Both the position numbers and the translations under genes were made by a program. Shown here in pieces: positions 60,869-64,000 of a stretch of DNA of 64,000 nucleotides. This DNA comes from Guillardia theta CCMP2712 (lineage: Eukaryota; Protista; Cryptophyta). Location: contig NW_005434663.1 in the NCBI RefSeq assembly GCF_000315625.1, forward strand, positions 897,882-961,881, given 5' to 3'. The notes below the pieces were generated by a model. The model was not told where the DNA came from. It saw only the letters and a program-made list of their open reading frames with translations, and made no database searches. Position 1 is the first letter of the stretch, and the number at the start of each line of letters is the position of its first letter.

Positions 60869-61932
60869 TTAGGCTAGTCCCTTGCACTGCCGGCTGAGCT
60901 TTCCGCCATGGCTTTTGAATGAACGGCTGCCCACTCCTTCAATCCTGTCTGACTGAAAAGTCATTCGCGCCCTCAAAGTCCTTCTCTTCAGCGATTCGCC
61001 GCGCCGCGCCACGGGCTGAGCCCGGCGCCCGGCTGATCTCCCCGGGCAGCCAGTCCGTGTGGTCGAGCGATTGTCGGCGTGTCCTGCTGCCAGGGCTGGA
61101 CCGGAGTCTCGAGGAGCGTGGCGATGGGGAGACTGTCGATACTTGCCGCCTCTCAGCTCTGGACCTCGTTTCTCCGGAGGAGTGAGAACGTATACTTCGC
61201 TCATGACATGAATCAGGTTCTTATAGTAAGAAGAACTAGCGCGAATAATGAAACACATTGGTAGATTGGAATTGGAACATTGTTGGACCGCCAGCGAATA
61301 AAATTCAGTGATATAATCGTCGAGAGATTTGCCTCCCTGAATGCAGGAGCGAAATCTCAGGACAAGAGATTTTTCGCTTTGGCCAATGTACGGCTGAAGA
61401 ACATCTTTCATCATCGCACAAAATGGTCAAAACGAAATGTCTGTTGGAGATTTCCATTGATTCCCGGATGAGTAGAGGGATGTCTCTGAAGATGATTTTT
61501 CAAAACCTGAAGTTTGAGACGTTCGTCGAAAATACCCTGAAGCTGAAAGTCATTCTCAGCATGGATTTGCCAATCGGAAAACGAGGCTCGAGATAACGAT
61601 GTAGGCAGAGGCGGGACCGTCGCTCTGTGAACGAGAGCAGGAGCAGGTCGCAGTCCAGAGCAATTAGGCTTCGAAAAATAAGTGTATGCAGAAAGTAGGA
61701 AGAAAATGCACGCCAAGATGTTGAGTTCCCAAGGAATAGCAAGATGGATCAGACAATTGAAGAGGACGAAGAGAAGCTGGCAAGAAGCGAAGGGAGAGAG
61801 GAGAGGAGAGGAGAGGAGAGGAGAGGAGGGGACAAAATCGTAGCGGAGGGGATCAGGGAGGGGATCGTCACTTTCCTCATTGGGAATCTGAACCCGGCGA
61901 CGGGCCTCGGACGTCTTTTCTCCGCTGGACAC
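60869..61932 (-). CDS. Hypothetical multi-exon protein with one N-proximal TM segment
   Basis: MSSGEKTSEARRRVQIP..DPLRYDF, then hydrophobic WELNILACIFFLLSAYTYF; downstream exon ORF 60869-61414. Confidence 0.5.
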
Positions 61933-62200
61933 TCACTGAGGTCAATTGTGAAACCGCGATCCTGGAAGGACCACCCCACCTTTTTGAGGCTGATTCTTGC
62001 AGAAGTGCGTGGGTAGTCAACATGTTTGCACGGGTACCCCCTTATTCCCCTGAACGGAAGTCTGCGAGTCAGGGGTGGTCAGGGGTAGTGAAGGGTCACG
62101 ACGTCGCTTCAGAATGGTAATGCCGATCCTAGTACGTTTGAGGGAGAGAAAGATGGGGGCGAGAGAGGAGGGAGAGGAGAAGGCGGAATAAGTTCGCAGA

Positions 62201-62360
62201 GGGAGGTACAGATGGACTAGTAGTGTTGTGGGGAGCGGGAGGTACAGATGGACTAGTAGTGTTGTGGGGAGTGGGAGGTACAGATGGACTATTAGTGTTG
62301 TGGGGAGTGGGAGGTACAGATGGACTATTAGTGTTGTGGGGAGTGGGAGGTACAGATGGA
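62201..62360 (+). repeat. 36-bp minisatellite, 4 full copies plus a partial copy
   Basis: Unit GGGAGGTACAGATGGACTA(G/T)TAGTGTTGTGGGGAG(C/T), head-to-tail without spacers. Confidence 0.93.
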
Positions 62361-62714
62361 GAAGGTGTTGAAGTTGAAGCAGAGTATAACGGGACATGCG
62401 TGTGTCTTAGATTGGCACAAGATCAGGGTGCAAGTGAGAGTGAATCAATATGAATGGCTGTAGAACCAAATGCTGCCATCATTCTAGAAGTTTACGTCTC
62501 GCATGCTGACTATGATTTCACAGTTTGTTAAGCTCATTGTTGATCGTGCTGTTGGCCACAATGGCTTCAACTTCAACGCTGCCTCCAACGTGATCTTTCT
62601 TCGATTTCCTTTTGACTGCTCTGAGCTCCTCAACAGGACGAGTGCTTCAAGTTGAACCAGGTTGGCCTCTGGGGTGCCGAGACTGGCGATGTGATGGGCA
62701 ATGGCGAGGTGATT

Positions 62715-64000
62715 TCAGTCATAAGATAGGGTAGATTTTCGCTGACAAGTTTGCAGTCCTATGATGGTGATGGTGTTGGCACCAACACCTCTGCTGAGGA
62801 GAACCATCCGTAAGTAACCCTTGAATGGCAAGCTCTCTTTCTGAACTGGTTCTCCACAGCTACTCTGCCCGCAGACAGAACAACTTCGGATCCCTCGTCC
62901 ACTTTCACTAAGCAATGAGAAATGAGAAATTGTTTAGATCAGTAAAAAACAGCCCGGTGTACTCTGGCCGTTAGTTTGCACTTGTTTCTGCTTGACAGCT
63001 TTCATTATTTTACAACAGCCACAGGCCACTGGAGGAAGACTTGAGCGCATGCAACGATACAATGGAGTCTCCAATCATGATTCCAGCCCTGAGAACGTGT
63101 CGTTACACGATAGCTATCGTCGGTTACCATCCTCACCTTGACGCTGGGCTGTGATCCTGCAAACCCTGCACGACCGTCCCTCCTACATCTCGTCAACAAC
63201 GATGTCAAATTGCTCAAGGTTGTGTTTACCTGTTACACGATCTGTATTCAGAATCATGCCCAATCCTGAGTTATCTTTGGATCGTTCCAGGAAAACAACC
63301 CTTTTGGTGCCGTACATGTTTCTCACTACAAGCTATCAGCAGAATCAGATCAGCGGCTGCATGGCTAGAACAAACATTACTGACCTGTGCTGTCTTGTTG
63401 TTCAGAAAACAAGATTGCAAAACCGCAGCAAGTTCCTTCTTGTTGAGCTTGCTCACATCTGTGCCTCCGAGGACGAATGGATTTTGTTTGCCGGCTGTGC
63501 TGTTCTTCAAGGAAACTCCAACACCAGCAGAAGATCCGTCCGAATCCCTCGACATTCTCATCATAACGCTGTCACAAACAAGGTCTGTCCATTCTTCCTG
63601 TGAGTTCTCTGGAGTTTGATCACGATTGCCTGCATTCTGTAGCCTTACATTGGAAGGGTGCTGATCTGACCTTCGCTGGACTTCGTCATGAAGATGAGAT
63701 GAGAAGTGATGTACTGGCTGTTGCAGCATGTTCTGTGACGAGACGTTGGTTGCCTCTTGGAAACGGTTGAGCACCATTTCTTCTTGTAGACTCATATGGC
63801 CTGCGTCTTTCTCTGATTTTTGCAGAAAGTCCGTCTTTCCACTCATCCGTGGAACCTCGACATTGAAATTCGTTTGACTTTCAGAATTCCAAGATTTAAC
63901 GCCAGCAATACGGTGATGTTTAGTAGAGAAAAATGTTGGAAAGGAGTTATGAAACTGAGGGCTTACTTGATTCATGCGGGTAGAGGGCTTTTCAGCTGTT
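62715..64000 (-). CDS. Hypothetical protein (multi-exon, 5' part may lie beyond the window)
   Basis: 234-aa ORF 63271-63975 followed by exon-like ORFs 63005-63217 and ~62715-62910; no domain recognised. Confidence 0.5.

Noticed and set aside
62201-62360. 36-bp repeat as a CRISPR array
   Set aside because: Units are head-to-tail with no unique spacers, there are no cas genes, and the context is eukaryotic.
1-64000. tRNA/rRNA genes, telomeric arrays, intact transposases or reverse transcriptases
   Set aside because: None recognised by eye; short ncRNAs could be missed without covariance-model searches.

Overview
Gene-dense eukaryotic nuclear DNA, not prokaryotic. Genes are broken by many short (~45-300 nt), often low-complexity spliceosomal introns, so the ORF track fragments real genes. 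Intron style, EsV-1-7 repeats, a plastid leader of the signal + Phe type and flagellar CFAP119 suggest a secondary-plastid alga, probably a cryptophyte such as Guillardia (inference). About 23 genes can be reconstructed by hand. Recognisable ones: a DENND4-like Rab GEF, an EsV-1-7 repeat protein, MTFP1/MTP18, a HAT1-BAH-2x bromodomain fusion, Pro-X carboxypeptidase (S28), a plastid PAP2/LPP-epsilon phosphatase, coronin, a P2X-like channel, a FYVE-ankyrin protein, an NTPCR/THEP1 NTPase, CFAP119, a TTD14/AAA_28 NTPase, a ~2,500-aa multidomain membrane protein, DNA polymerase delta (POLD1) and an ankyrin protein. Most notable: (1) a chromatin writer-reader fusion (HAT1-BAH-BRD-BRD) with a signal-peptide-like leader ending in a ubiquitin-tail-like RIRGG motif, echoed by LYLRGG in the ankyrin protein, suggesting host-encoded proteins imported into the periplastid/nucleomorph compartment; (2) a giant receptor-like protein with a catalytically dead alpha/beta-hydrolase ectodomain; (3) recurring non-coding structure: oriented ACCC-rich + AT-rich modules, nested palindromes, and a GTATCCG array with an E2F-like site upstream of POLD1. 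Domain calls come from motif recognition by eye, no searches were run, and exon boundaries are manual.
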